A stretch of DNA of 64,000 bases, from contig NIVC01003318.1 of the NCBI GenBank assembly GCA_002269645.1, forward strand, positions 1 through 64,000, written 5' to 3'. The first letter of the stretch is position 1, and every line of letters begins with the position of its first letter. This document shows positions 10,022 through 23,384 of the stretch, one piece after another. Source of the DNA: Macrostomum lignano (taxonomy: Eukaryota). The translations under genes and the position numbers were made by a program. Below the pieces are notes generated by a model, which did not search any database, was not told where the DNA came from, and saw only the letters and a list, made by a program, of their open reading frames with translations.

Positions 10022-13000
10022 TATGGGAAAAATCCGACCTTCTGGCAGAATCGTCGAATATCTCGACGGTCCGAAGGGCTGGCGACTTGATTCTTGTTTG
10101 AGAAGGTGCGCAACAAAAAGTTAGCCCGTGTTCTTGAATTTCGTGTGCCTGCGTTGCCCCGTTCCGGCGCAGCAAAAAAAAATTGTCAGGGGGGGGGAAA
10201 TTTTTCCCCCCTCTTGGTAGTTCGACGGGCGGAAAAATGGCTTGGTATTCCTACTGTTAATGACTCGTTCCTAATGCTTACAATATAAAGTGGTATTCAA
10301 GGACTACTTAAGTAGAAGGATGGGAAACTACATTTCTTGGAAAAGTTTAGTAGTCATATGGTTTTATAATGGATCACACATGCGTTTTAAACTTTGAAAA
10401 GTTATCGGCCCCGGGCCGATATTACGAAACAGCTAGCAGTTAGCAGTTAGCAGCAGCTAGTTTAGCCGTGCTATTTAGACGCGTCTGAAAAAGTGGTTTC
10501 ACAACACCATGCTAAAAAGCAACGGCTAGTAAGCCGTGGCTAACGTGGCTAAAAGCATGCTAGCGTGGGTCTCTGCCATAGACATGAGGCGTCACTAAGA
10601 CGATTATTGATTTGTGCCTGCGAGCGACTCGAAAAAAAGTCACGGCAGGAAGTTATGAAGATAGAGGAAATTCATTGACTAACCAGGGTTGAGGCTGGCT
10701 GAAAAACAGCTGCTAGTTTAGCCTTGCTAGTCGACGTCTGCTAGCTTCGTGAAATCAACTCTCCCACCCTCGGCACCCGATCTTACCTGCTAGCCATAGA
10801 CAGCTAGACGCTGCTACTTAGCAGTCACTTTGAGAAACCCAGCCACTGCTTTTAGCAGTTAGCAGTGGCTAAATAGCTGTTAGCAGTGTTTCGTGAAATC
10901 GGTTCCAGAATTAGCTGGGGTAATTGAGGGTGTGTGGGCGATCTCCCTCCCCAGTCCTTACGTCGTAGACTGATCAGCTGTATGCAGCCTTCAGATAAGG
11001 CGCGCAATAGCTGCGGCTAAGCTGTCGGTTGCACATCTGGCCCAACACAGGTGTAAAGTACTATTATTACTATTATTACTATTATTGTTATCGTTACTAT
11101 TATAATATTATTATTTTTTGTGGCAAAAATAAGGCACTGGTCAACAGTTCGAGGACTGCTCACAAGGCTGTAGCCTATGTTGTATTTTGATTTCGAATTA
11201 GAACTCGTTGCTCCATCGCAAGAAATGCTAAATCTAGTGCTGAGCGCCTCACCACGAGTAGGAAAAGCCTGCACTATAAGATTTGAAATATCCGGAACTG
11301 TATTGACTTTAATGGAGACTAACTTGTAGCCGTAGTTAAGAGTGTCTGCGTTTCTGTAGCATTTCACTCTTAGAATGTAGAACCCCGCCGCTGGAGGCAA
11401 ACAGTTCTCTCCGTCAATGGCGAGTCCTGGCGAGTTTGTACCTACAATAGTATGGTTGGTACAAGTTCACCTTCAACAAATTCCAAACCATTTAGACGAT
11501 TAATTTTTTCTATTCACTGGCTATCGTGAGGCTTTTAATTTTGACAAGCTGTAATCGACGTTAGTTAGTGCATGACTGGTGGCATGCCCTGAGTGAACTG
11601 GACTAGAACCGACGTTAGCTGCGCCTGTTCGGTGGGATAATTGTTATCCCTTGCCACAACATACATACGAGCTAACTTAGATTAATCAAATCGAATCCTG
11701 GCGTATAGCGTTGATGCTAACCTTCTTAACAGTTTTGTTGGCCACATTTAGCGAAGTGTAGCTTCGAATAGTGTGACCGGAGCTGACGTTGACGCAGGTG
11801 CCAGAGCTGAGACTCCAGAGACTTCCGATTGGGCATGCAGTGGCCCGACTGTTACCAGTGCAGCTGGATTCCAATTGAATGCAAGAGTTTGTTAAGTAGC
11901 AGTACACTGCACCTCCTATGCAATGTGGCGTGAGTTAAAGCAGCTGAAATGCGCATTGTGGGTTGTAAATTTTAGTGCTTTACCAGATTGGCTGAGCTGT
12001 TGATTTTCTACACATAATTTTCAGTCTAGAGCAACACAGTACTCTAATATTAAAAAACTGCTTCCTGTGAAAATGACAAAACTGCTTCATGAGAGTTGAC
12101 CTCCAAGTCTAAGGATGTAGAGACATGATTTAGAGTAAGGGTTTTAAAGCAAACGTTTACAATGAGGGTCTGTTCGTGTGGCTAATTATTGCTGATATTG
12201 TTGAAGGCTCAGATATTTAAAGACTATTCCCGGATTTAACGGGAAAGAGCTATGTCAGTGTGCAGTGTGCATATGGAACGTGCGGTGCGGATAAATCAAC
12301 ACTTAACTGAATCGGAATAAGTTGAAAAAGCAGCCGATCTGGAAGGAATGCAGTCCTAAATTCTTGCACTGTTAGTTGTATTTGTAATTACATGTAGGGC
12401 TCGTGCTATTTGAGATAGGAATTTGTTGAGACAACTATAAACATTTTTACTGTAAATTTGCTCAAAGGGGATTAAGCAAGCAGCGAATATTTTTTATCTA
12501 AATTAACCCTTTTTTACGATTGCTTTGGAAATAATACAGCTAGAATTAATAGGAGTCTGGGTTTAGGACTTTCTTGGCTTACTTCTCTGTCAGTCGAGTT
12601 CGCAGTCAGAGATTTGCGTGTCTATAATTGGCTTTCAACGCTAGAGACCCGTTCTAAATTAGCATACAGAACAGTATAATACACTATATACCTCGTACAT
12701 GTACGAACGTAGATCAAGCTCAAGTGAGAATTAGCAGCTTCCACTTTAGCACCATCAAATGTACGAGCAAGAGGTCGTACTAAGCTTAAAATACGAAGCA
12801 TTCAAAACTTGCTGTTAGTGAAAAAAATTTACCCTCATAACATTTGCTTACCGAAACTTCGAAGCTCTTATTTGCAAACGTGTGAAAGTGGAGCTGCGTA
12901 ATCGTTAATTTCGGATATCTGAATTCGAACTCATTCATAACGAGGATCGAATTGTTTGATCCCGTGATGATGCGTCTTCTCAGACCTGTTTCGGCACCTT

Positions 13001-13464
13001 TGTGGTTTTGCTTCTTGAACGCTACCGATTCTAAATTATTTACAGAGTTATTCAAGTGAAATTTTCGTATATTTTCGTAATTTCGCAGCGAAAATCACTG
13101 AAAGAAGCGTACGTACCTGCACAGTATACGAGCTAGGTGCTCATGATTTGAGCATCTCCGTTGCCGAAATCAACGCTGATATGCTTCGCTGATCCCAGGT
13201 CATACCTGACAGTTGCATTTATCACATCACCCACAGCAACAACTTCTTTATTAACAGTACACTGTAAACCTTCCAGTCGTTGGTAAGTTTGAACTGCGTT
13301 GGTCATTTGTGTCCGGAATTCGTTAGTGTGTGCTGTAACGTGCACCAGTGACTTGCCGCCTAAGCCAAAGAAAAGTGCAGAGACCTCTTTCTCATATGAG
13401 CCAGCCGGGTGTGAGCCAGTGATTAAATAATACCATGCTTTTTTAGTGAATGCTTACGCAAAAC

Positions 13465-13544
<80 letters not shown>

Positions 13545-14781
13545 GCCGCTGCTTTCTGTATCCGACGTTTAAAATATCTAAATAACCAAATTTCTAACCT
13601 GTAAACACCGGACGCAGTAGAATATATAGGTCGGAATGCCAATTGTCGACAACAGAACGGAAATCGATTCCCATCTGTTGGGCTCGTGGTCCCATAGCAG
13701 CACAGATGCGTCGCTGAATGTGGAGCCAGAGACTTCAACATTGCGTCTTGAACAGCGTAGCCATTGTAGATAGCTTTCGTACCTAAAGGGGCAGAGTGTT
13801 GAATTTAATGAAACTCAAGGTACGAGTATTAAGAGACTTCTCTACAAGCGTTACGGTTGGAACCTTGGTTTTTCAGCATCAGAATCGCAGTGCTATTGCA
13901 TTGATTCAGATTTAGGAGGGTGGAATAAATCAAAATAAAATAAAATACCTACATCACTATTCTACATTTGTACTTTTACAATTCTGAACCAAAGAAGTTG
14001 AAGAAGTCAGACGCCATGTTTACAAATTGGTCAAGTTTGAAAATTTAGGGATGAAAGCCCCAAAATAGTCTCATCAGATCGCGACCAGCAGTCAAATTTT
14101 ATTAAAACCTAGTTAGATCTAACTGACGCCCGCAGAGCTGATTTAAAAAAACAAAAATATTTGGTCATTGATTTCGGGCTTTGCTGCTTTGTTTCTATGA
14201 TTGTCATAGTCATAGTATAGTGGAGAAGCCGGTTTTTTGCTGCAAAATTCCCTAGTTAGATAGAAAATTTTTAGCATGTCTCACGGAGCTGTCGAGTTGC
14301 GAATGAAGCGGAAACGAATTTAATTGGAGGCGTTAACAGGTGTTATGAATAGCCCTTATGCACTTTCGCTATTGCCAGCAAAGCCCGGTCTACACTAAAA
14401 TATACTCAATTTGCGATTGCTGCTTCATTCTACGTGTAGTAGCTAATGTGTTGCCAAACTAGATTTTTTTATCTAACCCTACTAATGAAACATGATTTAT
14501 AAAAATAAAGCGCTTTAACCACAGTCTACTATGCCAGTCTACTATGCCGTTCCAGACGGCTTGGACCGAAATCGTGCCATAGACATTTTTGCGCTCCACG
14601 ACGAGACTGATGGCACGGTTTCGTGCCAAGCCAGCAAAACCGCACCCGACTGACGATTATTTAGTTTATGTTTGCCTGCGAATCTATAATCGAGAGTGCT
14701 CTGTGCAATCATTGATTCCAACTGCCTGAGGCTGACTCGATGCGTAGGTTCCAGGATTGATTCGGAACAACCGAAGTCCAT
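9750..14781 (-). CDS. Exons of a polycystin-1-like (PKD/REJ domain) gene, partial and probably truncated by the Polinton junction
   Basis: PKD-domain exon ISVDFGNG (13133-13345); REJ-like exon PTRGEALSTRFSISC (11017-11400); Cys-rich exon 11686-11907; REJ-like FGPSRYSTILPEGRIFPISASV at ~10090-10005. Exons at 13545-13741 and 14542-14781 are tentative, and exon borders were not fully resolved. Confidence 0.55.
10413..10904. mobile_element. Possible degenerate MITE with short imperfect TIRs and internal TAGCAG repeats
   Basis: CCGATATTACGAAACA (left) vs the reverse complement of TGTTTCGTGAAATCGG (right). No clear TSD. Confidence 0.3.
10911..10979 (+). mobile_element. 3' fragment of the SINE family also found at 45661-45824
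   Basis: TTAGCTGGGGTAATTGAGGGTGTG...CCCCAGTCCTT matches the reverse complement of 45661-45728. Confidence 0.6.
13465..13544. repeat. (CTA)n microsatellite
   Basis: Perfect trinucleotide run. Confidence 0.98.
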
Positions 14782-15686
14782 GAGCTAGAGTTGACCAGCA
14801 ACCCATTTCTGTAGCAAGTCAGTTGTTCCCTAAACGTTTAAAATAAATTGTAACTCTTTTTACGAGCTACATAGATGCCGATAATGAAGTGTAAATCTGA
14901 GTTTACGCATTGTGTTTCCGCAGATTTATACCTGTTGCAGCACCAAAGTCGATCATCAGGGCCGGAACAATTATCGCTAGGTAACTCAGGCCGATTGCAG
15001 AGTGCAGGACCCAGACTTGATCCTGCTTCATCTTGAGAGAGTAAGTAAGAGTTCAGTGCTTTTTATATGGCCAACTTGTTGACAAAGTGAGTCAGCGCTT
15101 GTAAAAGAATTTTCAAGGCAAGTGACAATGACATCTATCTCGTAAGATTGCTATGGAAACCGAAATATCAAACTGCAGCAGTCACAGTCACAAACTATAC
15201 TTTTTGTTTGATGATTGTCAATATATATTTTGTTAAAGTTTCTCAGTTTTAGTTTTTAATTTTCATGCTCCACAGTTGCTCTATCTAAAAAATGGGAGCT
15301 GAAAGTAAAAACATCTACCCAGACTCCTAAAACAATTCTAAAAAGCAACAATGCTACTTATTTTTTGCTTCTACCATGCTGTGAAAACGAGTGAGTTGCA
15401 CGTATAGCTGACTTTTTGCAAAAGTGATTGACAGCTCCCAGCTCAAAAAACGTTTTTTACAACACCAGATTATACACTTTTTCCAAAGCTGAAACAATGT
15501 GGAGTTATCTATCTAATGCTAAACTGCTTTGAGATGCAATCAACTTTCAGACAACGTTTATTCCAGAATTTGTGTTAATTCTTCAAACAGAATAGAAGTA
15601 TTTTCCCATTAATCTTTAGTGTCTTGCAATTGTTCTTTGCACTCAATATGTTTGTACACTTCAGTGCAGTCTTTTTTCTAAACAAA

Positions 15687-17779
15687 TCAGCGAAAGGTAA
15701 GCGGACGAACTTCGTCAATTTTCAGTTGCAGTATCCAGGTTGTCGGAGCGAACTTGCTGCTGCTGGCCAGGTCGATGTTAGCCGCCAGTCGCCAGCCCTT
15801 AGAGATCAGAGCGTCGAGTAGCGCTGCCACAAGTCCCAGGCCTTCGATGGTGACGTCCGGGTTGTCCGCGTGCCACTGCCAGGGCTGGTCAGTGAAGTTG
15901 AACCCGATCACCCAGCCGCTGTTAGACTCGCTGAGCTCGCACTGCTGACTGCGAAACCAGGAGTCGCGAATTTCGTTAGTCAGCTTGTCTTTGAGCTCCT
16001 CGGCGGCGCCCATCACTAGCAGGTGGCTCGACTCGTGGATGGCCACGCTCAGGTGCGGCTGCACCAGGGTGTTGGAGCAGCGACGCAGTACCATCAGGCT
16101 CTTGTCGTATGCGCTGCGATAGATATCGGCCTGTAATAATGAGCATTCGCTGTAGGTTTCTAGCACTAAATTCGATTTATATGAAGGCGACGAACGATCT
16201 AAACGAAGACTATGACTTTATTTGCTAGGATTTCTTAATGACCAATTGCGTTTGCCGAAAGCTTGCTACAAGTGTTTCATTTAATCCAAACAAATATGCC
16301 TTAGCTACTTACATTGAGCACAATAGTCCAGCCCATGCTGCAGATTTCCTTGAGCAGCTCCATTACCAGTTCACAGGCTCTCACAGATGTGTCCTGATTC
16401 CAGGACTGGATGAACCAGGGCGATGATTTCAACTGAATTCGGCTCATTCGATCAGGGACAGCCTCCGAAGACTCGGAGCGCAGACAGCCTGGGGCCCAGT
16501 GCTGACGGCAGATGCTGACGGTCTTGGTGACAACCTCGTCTGGAGCGTCGTACAGACGGATTTGATCGCGCTGATTCAAGCTGACAATCATGAGCTCACC
16601 GTCGGCGCTGCAGCTACATGAAGTTATGCCAGAGGGTTATATGATTTTATCTAGAGATTTAACAGATTCGGGGTTCAACTACCTTCATTTTTCTAAAGTT
16701 TTTGCTTAGTTTTCAAACCTAAGATAGTCAAGGTTCCGATAATTACGAGTATTCAGTACAAGCAACTCTGCTTCTATTGCCTCAGGCGCCCGACGGAAAA
16801 GCCAGCCGACACTGAGCTCTGGATTTCCCTGTTTTTGCTCTTGTGCCGTTCTTAATCAACTTTGTTGCTGATGTGAAACACTTTATTAATTTTTCTTTAC
16901 TGACGGTTGTGAGACTAATGTCTGGTCGAACCTTTCATTTCATTAAAAAAATCACAAACCCCTGCGTCGTCTTGAGGAACGTCAGGCAGTCCATGTTACC
17001 CCGAGCGTGTGTCGCGGCCAGGAACTCGTAGCCGTAGTTGGCCAGAATTTGCACCAGGACGAGCACAATCAACGGGCCCCGTTCGCCGTTCTCTTTATAG
17101 CTGTCCCAGGGCTGGCCGTGAAGCTCAGCCGCGAAGCTCCTAGGCTGGTCGATGGCAACAGCACTGCCCTTCGGCCAGATGTCCTTTAGTTGAGCTGCAA
17201 TCTCGGAGTTCACACCCTCAGGCGCGTTCACCACAAGAAGGCGGCCCCAGTCTTCAAAAGCGACGGTAAGTAGGTTGCCACCGGCTCCACCTTGAATTGC
17301 CGTCTCTATGCGGCGCTCTCGATCGTCATCGACAGCGTTGAACACCCAGGAGCTGCGACAGGTGCCTTGTAGAAAAATTCCACTGGCAACCAGACTGCAA
17401 CCAGCGGTTCAGAAGCGCTGTGAGCAGCTGGTTGACAAGCCTGTAGACGCTCATCAGACGGTCGATCGGTTGGACCTGGCAATTTACATAAACAGATCTT
17501 AAATATACTGTTTTCCTTAACGTTACTGATGAAAATTATTGTTCTCACCTCCGAGTCAAATGGCTCTTTGTCCAGTCGCAGTTCGAAGCCCAACGAGAAC
17601 TTCTTTTCAGACCGAACTCCCGGCGCCCAGCAGTAATACACGGTGTCGCGCACCAGCTTACCAATATCCGTCGGGGCGTGAATCACCTGTAAAATGTCCG
17701 GCTGGCGAAATCCCACCACGAAACTGCTGGTTGGAAAAGCTCGGCCTTTGATGCGAGAATACTCGTTTCCCATGTTCAA
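15687..17779 (-). CDS. Uncharacterised protein with four tandem ~100-aa domains (L-x-x-x-PW/PF ... GW/GY-x-L motif); spliced, with a frameshift near 17405
   Basis: Four homologous segments: LRLDKEPF..GCSLVASG (17779-17350), ELHGQPW..YGYEFLAAT (16935-17345), QLKSSPW..MGWTIVLN (16301-16591), NFTDQPW..KGWRLAAN (15687-16166). GT-AG intron at ~17480-17549. Confidence 0.75.
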
Positions 17780-20247
17780 TTTGTGGATTTGAATCGTAGA
17801 AGAAAAATCGCAATAAAAACGATCAGTTTAATTGTTAAAATGTAGAATTCCAAATTTTGAATGTAGATTTGGCGAGCTGGCACTGCACAGAGAGTCAAAC
17901 TGAGAAGTAGCTTGGCTCAAGAAATCTGTTTAGGACTACTGAACTGCTACCTTTTTATCTGCACCTTCCCGGTTTCCTTAGTTCACCTCCCCCTAGCTGC
18001 CACGCCCTGAATTCTTCTCCAGGCGAGGTCCGCCTCTTTTTCATCGGTCCGATTGCCTGAGCTTTCTGCTTCAGCTCAGGACACGCCCCAATGAGCTTTA
18101 ATAAATCCCTATAGCCACCTCGAGAAAGGTTTTGTTTCGGGTAGAGTCGATGCCGCTTCTAAAAGAGCTGCAACCGATACAGCATAGAAATAGCATGGGA
18201 GCTAAGAATTTCTTCTTTGTTTTCTGCTTGTCGAAGCATGCAAGCGTACCCTCTCGCCTGCCGGGTGTAGCCACTAGACGTAGAATTTGGTGTTTTAAGC
18301 CGGTCCTAAGCCCGGCTTTTGTCTGCGTCGAGACTAGCCACAATAATACGAATATACTGTATTGCCAGGTAGAAAAGTACTCAAAATTGTCCGAATAACT
18401 CCGTCAGTGCACCATGATCAGCTAACGGGTCCTACCCGATTGCAGATTTCTCTCGATATTGTAGATTTAACTTGGTAGCGATATACGCACTTAATTATTT
18501 CGTGAAGAAAAAGACGTACACAAATCAGTTAATTCATCGCTTGACAAGGTTAAAAGAACTGCAGACGTCTATTTTCTCTATTGCACTATTACCACATGCG
18601 TAGAACGTATCTTTGGTTTATGAAACTTTTTCAGTTGAGCTTTCGAACTTTGTCCTATCTTGAAAAATAACGAAAATTAGGGTCACGAACCCGGTTTTAC
18701 GCAATTAGAAAGCTAAACTTTTAGAGATTTTGCGGGGGTTGGGATTGTGCTTTTTAACTGCCGCTTTTAGGTGATTAACCAATGCGGAAAGCCGTTTTTG
18801 CCGAGCCAAACTGGCTCTCCATAGATATTTTTCTAGTCAAGTGAATTGCGCAACGAGAATAAACTGGGCAAAGCAATTAGGGCTGGAAAGAGGTGACAAG
18901 GACTGTGCAGTCGGAGCTCTGCGGAATTCCTGGGCCAGCTGTTGCTAAAGACTCTCACAAGCAGGTCTGTGGGATATCCAGCATTCTTCATTTCTTCTTC
19001 GAGCTACTGGTATTAGGCAGTGAATTGCCGGGCAAAGAATATGGCCGCGATAAAAATTTACGTGACAAGCTTCGGATTTTTCTGTCGGGTTACCCATACA
19101 CATGGCTTGTTACTAGCTCGGTCCAGTTTTAGTACCGCGCTTTTCGACAAAAAAGAGACCATATTTTGAAAGCCCAAGGAACCTGAAACGGGAAGGAATG
19201 GCTTCTTTAAGTTTTCCCACTTGCAGCCAGATATCTACCAGACATATTACCGACATAACCGATGAAAAATGTTGCCCTAGTAGCTAAACCGAGATATATC
19301 CTACAGTAGAGTAACTCTAACTACATACATTCGGTTTGTTCCACATTCGACGAAATCTCGCAATTCATCAAGGAATTTTTCTTGCCCAGTGATAGTTATG
19401 AGATACAGTAGCAGTAGTTTTACAACCAGCACATCGTTAGGGCACCATTAATTTAGAATGACTTTCCTTTTCGTAGGCCGTATTATATAGCCGCTTCTAA
19501 CACGCACCTAGCTTTATATGTATGGGCTACAGCATGCACAAATTCCCAATCTGTGGGCCTGCAAGTCGAAGGAAAATCCCGCGCATATCTCTCCACGCGG
19601 CAGAATATTTTTTCTTTCCCTCAAAGATAGAAACGGCAGCAAGGCCTGCACCTGATGCTGAAACTGACCCAGGCATGCGACGGCACCCCTACTGGGGGGG
19701 GGGGGGGGGGTAACACGCGGACGAGTTGCTGGTTCAATACAATGGGAGGCTGCTAGGCTGTTCAGTCCGCAGCCAGTTTGACCTCCTCTGTCCAGTTCTA
19801 AGACGGCGGGCGCCGCAAGATGAAGTGTCTGCGTGGGAAGCCAAGGCAGCCTAAGGTCGGCCGGCAATACGAGATCCTGCATCTAAGAAATAAGGCCTTT
19901 CAAAGCGGAAGCGCATAAGGAACCAGCAAGCCTGATGTTCTGCACAAAACCGTTTCTAACTCCTCTGCCCAATTAAGCTTCTGATCCTGCTGGCCTTTTG
20001 CATTCGCGCGAAGGCCTGCTGGAGCTAAATCAAAGGCACAAGAAAGTTATTGGTCCTTCAGCTGCAGCCAACAGTTTCCGCTTGGAGAGAGAAAAGTGCA
20101 ACGAGCGGCGGTTCGCCCGTCGTCACTTCCAACCCAAGAGATATCTATTCCACTCGATTGAATATTGGCAAACCGCTGATATCCCATCAAAACCTCATCC
20201 CCTGGTCTTACCTCATATTATAAGACGGGCCGGTTGATATTTGGCCG

Positions 20248-21621
20248 ATGAATGAGAAAGAAATGACCAAGCCCAGCTTCCTTACAGGAGCGATGAAGCC
20301 CACTGACTGGCTACTACCAATTGCGTTAGTCTGGCTAGTGCGGTTTTCCACTGCGCTTACAGACACAGCGATCAACTTTACAATTCCATTCGAGACCTCA
20401 ACAGCTCCGCCAAAGGACAGCATTTGCATCTGCAGTATCAATGTGTCTCAAGGTCGTCGCTGCCTGGACTGCCGACAATATCAACTCGACTCACCGGACC
20501 TTGTGTTTCTGAGCTCTCGCAACATCTTGCTGAGGGCTCCGGTATGCAGTGGAGTCACCAGCATTAGAGCTGAACAGCCGGTGCGAATTCATCAGCTCCG
20601 CCCAGGTCGCCTGTTGCAGATGACGGGCCTGATCAGCATCCGGTTGCGCCAAGTTGACTTGAGATTCAGCTTTCATCCGGACGCATTGAGAGGGCTCAAG
20701 AATCTTACTGACCTGGAGATAATTGGGCCGCACAGCCTTGACAGGCTGGAGGCGCACAGTTTTCAGCACACTCCCAGACTTAGGCGATTGGTGCTCAGAG
20801 ACAACGGCATTAAGTACATCGATCGCTTTGCTTTCTGTGAGGCGGAGAATTTAGAGTACTTGGACCTGAGCAGGAATCGAATAGTTGCGTATTCGTGCGA
20901 CTGGTTCCCGGGCCTGTCTGCTCTGAAGTTTCTTAACGTCACTCTGCTCACTGGCACAGAGGTATTTGCTAGCGTGGGGACTAAGCCACCAAGTTGCCTG
21001 TTCTGCCCGTTGACGGGTCTGGCAATATTGTCTTTTAATGATATAAACTACGCCGGACCAAGCATTCAGCTGCTGAGGCATGCAATTATTAAGCACTACC
21101 GCTTGCAGTTGCTTGAGCCGCTGTTGTACAATGTTACTGGCTTGCGAGATCCTCAAACTTGCGGAGGCCTCGACGGAGAAGCGGCCATCGCCTGGCAGCA
21201 GTGCCAAAGATGGCGTGACGGCAAACCTGTGGTGGCCCAGTACGTGACTATGGGGCCGAGCACAGCTGCCGTTAGCAGCACCGCTAGCCCAGCAGAGGAA
21301 GTCTCCGACTCGAACGGTGTGATTCAAAGCCCGAACGAATACTTCAACAACAGCTCATCTCGACAAATTCCTGACACGAGTTCCGGCGATGGGCTTCAAG
21401 TGTTTTTAAGCAGTCAATTGTTTCTCGTGGTGCTTGTCGTGTGCATCGTCCTTGTGGCCTTGTCGCTGATCATCTGCTGCATAGCCTGCTGCTTTGCCCG
21501 ATCGCGCAGACACCGCGGCGCTCGCTACAGTGTCAAAGCTGCCAACGAAGCCGCCGCTGCCGCCGCTGCCGCCGCTGCAGCTGGCAACGGGAAAGCCGCA
21601 AATGGTAGAGCAAATGCTTGA
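20248..21621 (+). CDS. Intronless type I membrane protein with leucine-rich repeats
   Basis: Signal peptide (MKPTDWLLPIALVWLV), Cys N-cap, LxxLxLxxNxI repeats (LRRLVLRDNGI, LEYLDLSRNRI), TM helix LFLVVLVVCIVLVALSLIICCIAC, short poly-Ala tail. Confidence 0.9.
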   Translation: MNEKEMTKPSFLTGAMKPTDWLLPIALVWLVRFSTALTDTAINFTIPFETSTAPPKDSICICSINVSQGRRCLDCRQYQLDSPDLVFLSSRNILLRAPVCSGVTSIRAEQPVRIHQLRPGRLLQMTGLISIRLRQVDLRFSFHPDALRGLKNLTDLEIIGPHSLDRLEAHSFQHTPRLRRLVLRDNGIKYIDRFAFCEAENLEYLDLSRNRIVAYSCDWFPGLSALKFLNVTLLTGTEVFASVGTKPPSCLFCPLTGLAILSFNDINYAGPSIQLLRHAIIKHYRLQLLEPLLYNVTGLRDPQTCGGLDGEAAIAWQQCQRWRDGKPVVAQYVTMGPSTAAVSSTASPAEEVSDSNGVIQSPNEYFNNSSSRQIPDTSSGDGLQVFLSSQLFLVVLVVCIVLVALSLIICCIACCFARSRRHRGARYSVKAANEAAAAAAAAAAAGNGKAANGRANA

Positions 21622-23384
21622 TTTTTGTTCCCTGGGCAAACTTTTAACTAAGGATTTCATCCTTTACTTTGGTACTAGTTAAGTGTTTTTTCTTTATGAA
21701 GTACGAGTATATTCAAACAAAAAGTTATTGTGCAGATGTTGGTGATTGCAGTTGCTCAACGTAATTTTTCATGATATTTCGTTGAGCCAACTACCGATTG
21801 GCTACTGAGTATAAGCATCTGTACGCCTGCAGGTTGCAATTTGTGTTCTTTCCTAAGTTTTATTCTAGAATATTTGCTTCATCATTTTGTACGGCTCATT
21901 AGCATATTTTGAGAAGTTACGAGCAGTTGGGACAGGTTTTAGCTGGAAGCCATTACTGTTTGGCTGTCTCTGCAAATTAATGTCTTAGTTAGACTACTGT
22001 TTGTGTTTTCGTGAGACGCCTGATAAGCGTTATTGTGGTGTTAGAAAATCCTGAAGCTGGAATCTCCGATTGAATATTCAGTCTATGCGCTAACTTCACT
22101 TCTGATCCATGCTCTACCGAGAGAGTGACTTTGCAAGCCCGCTTACCCCAAAAACTATTTTGACGTTTTCTCATTAAATCTGTGGTCCACACTGAAGCGT
22201 TTTCAAGTTTTAATTTTACTTTTTCTTGCCCGCTTTTCTCCTGACTGCAGACAGTCATTGTTTTAAATTTAGAAGAACAGAGCAAGTTCCAGACAGTCCT
22301 ACAGCCTGGCTAGAAGTTCGCGAACCAAAGGAATGCATAAAAAGCCTCATAGTTAAGCCGCTGTTTTACTGACAAGAAGCAAAGCAGGCAAAATATAGGA
22401 GTGAAATTCTATCAGCCAAAGACGTTGACGAACAGCTGAGGATCCCAGCTTAGCTGGTAAGAAGGCTTGTGATGCCAGGCTGGATTTTATTCCCTTTTCA
22501 CTTTAAGTTAAACTCTTGTCATTTCATTGACGGAGACTTACCTGACGTAACTCTTTACTAATGAATTGAAATGTTTTAAGTGTACATTATCGTCTAATTT
22601 TGATTGCTGAGTGCTTAAACTAGCTTAAGTTGTTTTGAATTTTAACCCGAATGTACAAATGTTCATTCAGTGAATTTTTAGGCTAGCATGCAGACAGTGA
22701 GTTCCAAAGTTTCATTGTAATATTCTTGAGCAACTATTAGCCAGCATCAATTTCCGCGACTAATATCAGAGCTAATAATCATCAATACTACTGAAAGTAC
22801 CCTGCAAAATGCTAATGTTTATTGTGAAAGCAAAATCGTATAAATAATATAGTTTCGATTATACTAAAAATTCAAACAAACAGAACGTTGTAAAGAAACT
22901 TTTAAGTTAAAATCATTGGATGGATTGTACAAAACAGCTGAATAAAACTTACATGAAAGTAAAAGTTTCACAAACTCTGATGGTTATCAATCATGCAAGC
23001 GTGCACTTTACAAGAAGCGGAAATATCTCACGGAACCATCTGACCGAAAAACAACTGTCGCTTTGCGCTGTGTTGCTACGGTGACAAAAATACTGCTGTA
23101 ATCAAATGGCTGCCATAAAAGTACAGAAAAATTACATCTTCAATACGTAACTCTATTTAATGTGCAAACTTGGTCTGTCAATACACTAAAACTTCATTCG
23201 GGGCTTAACTATAGCGAGGCGAAGAAAGATAAGAAACGGGGCCACAAGGAGGTACTAAAGGCAAATACAGATAAGGCTGCTCTATAAGTAGAAAAATCTA
23301 CGCAAACGTCGTAAGTCTTCGATCCTCCCTGAGTGCGACGATATTCTCTAATTATTCAGATTTATTAAAAAAAACTCGAACCAG

